64,000 nucleotides of DNA, from positions 4,974,171-5,038,170 of the forward strand of contig OZ316893.1 of NCBI GenBank assembly GCA_973895155.1. The letters run 5' to 3'. Below, one piece after another: positions 63,665 to 64,000 of the stretch. The notes under the pieces are model-generated. The model made no database searches. It had not been told where the DNA came from and saw nothing but the letters and a program-made list of their open reading frames with translations. This DNA is from Marsupella aquatica (taxonomy: Eukaryota > Plantae > Marchantiophyta). The position numbers and the translations under genes are program-made. Within the stretch, counting starts at the first letter, position 1. The number at the start of each line of letters is the position of its first letter.

Positions 63665-64000
63665 CACAATGAATGTCCTTTTATTACCACATGAATATTA
63701 ACATGTTCAATCATGTTATATCAAGTAATATGGTTTTTTTATTTGTTCATATTATTGTGCACCCGATTGTGCATAGCTATCTCGAATGTTGTCATTTGTG
63801 CTAAATGTGTTTCTACATTGTTGAATGTCACAGAGCATTAATTTGTACAAGTCGTAGAAATGGGACAATGGGAATTGGAATTGGATAAAGAAGAAAAGGA
63901 TGTCATGAATCTTCAAGAAACAAACAATCACTACAAGTGAAGATGAGGTTAAACCCAAGGTTGATGATATTGCAATGGGCAACAATCGCCCTTTGCAAAG

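Overview
The window is a chimera of two kingdoms. Bases 1 to ~7357 are GC-rich betaproteobacterial (Comamonadaceae-like) DNA. They carry a type IIG restriction-modification gene, a DUF4365 plus hypothetical gene pair, malate synthase G (glcB) and a gene cut mid-frame at the junction. The RM, DUF4365 and glcB genes are broken only by small homopolymer indels. From ~7358 onward the sequence is land-plant nuclear DNA, probably a bryophyte/liverwort (inferred). It contains a cluster of four related secreted proline-rich protein loci, two pre-miRNA-like hairpins and a 2.7-kb inverted duplication of a 5'-truncated CRE-type (RT + restriction-like endonuclease) non-LTR retrotransposon. It also holds MITEs, a solo LTR, a tRNA-derived SINE candidate, an intronless ESR1/DRN-like AP2/ERF gene and a six-exon SRP receptor beta gene. 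At the right end, a ~121-bp tandem array and a GC-rich block precede a decayed intronless protein kinase. All calls come from reading the sequence by eye; no searches were run.
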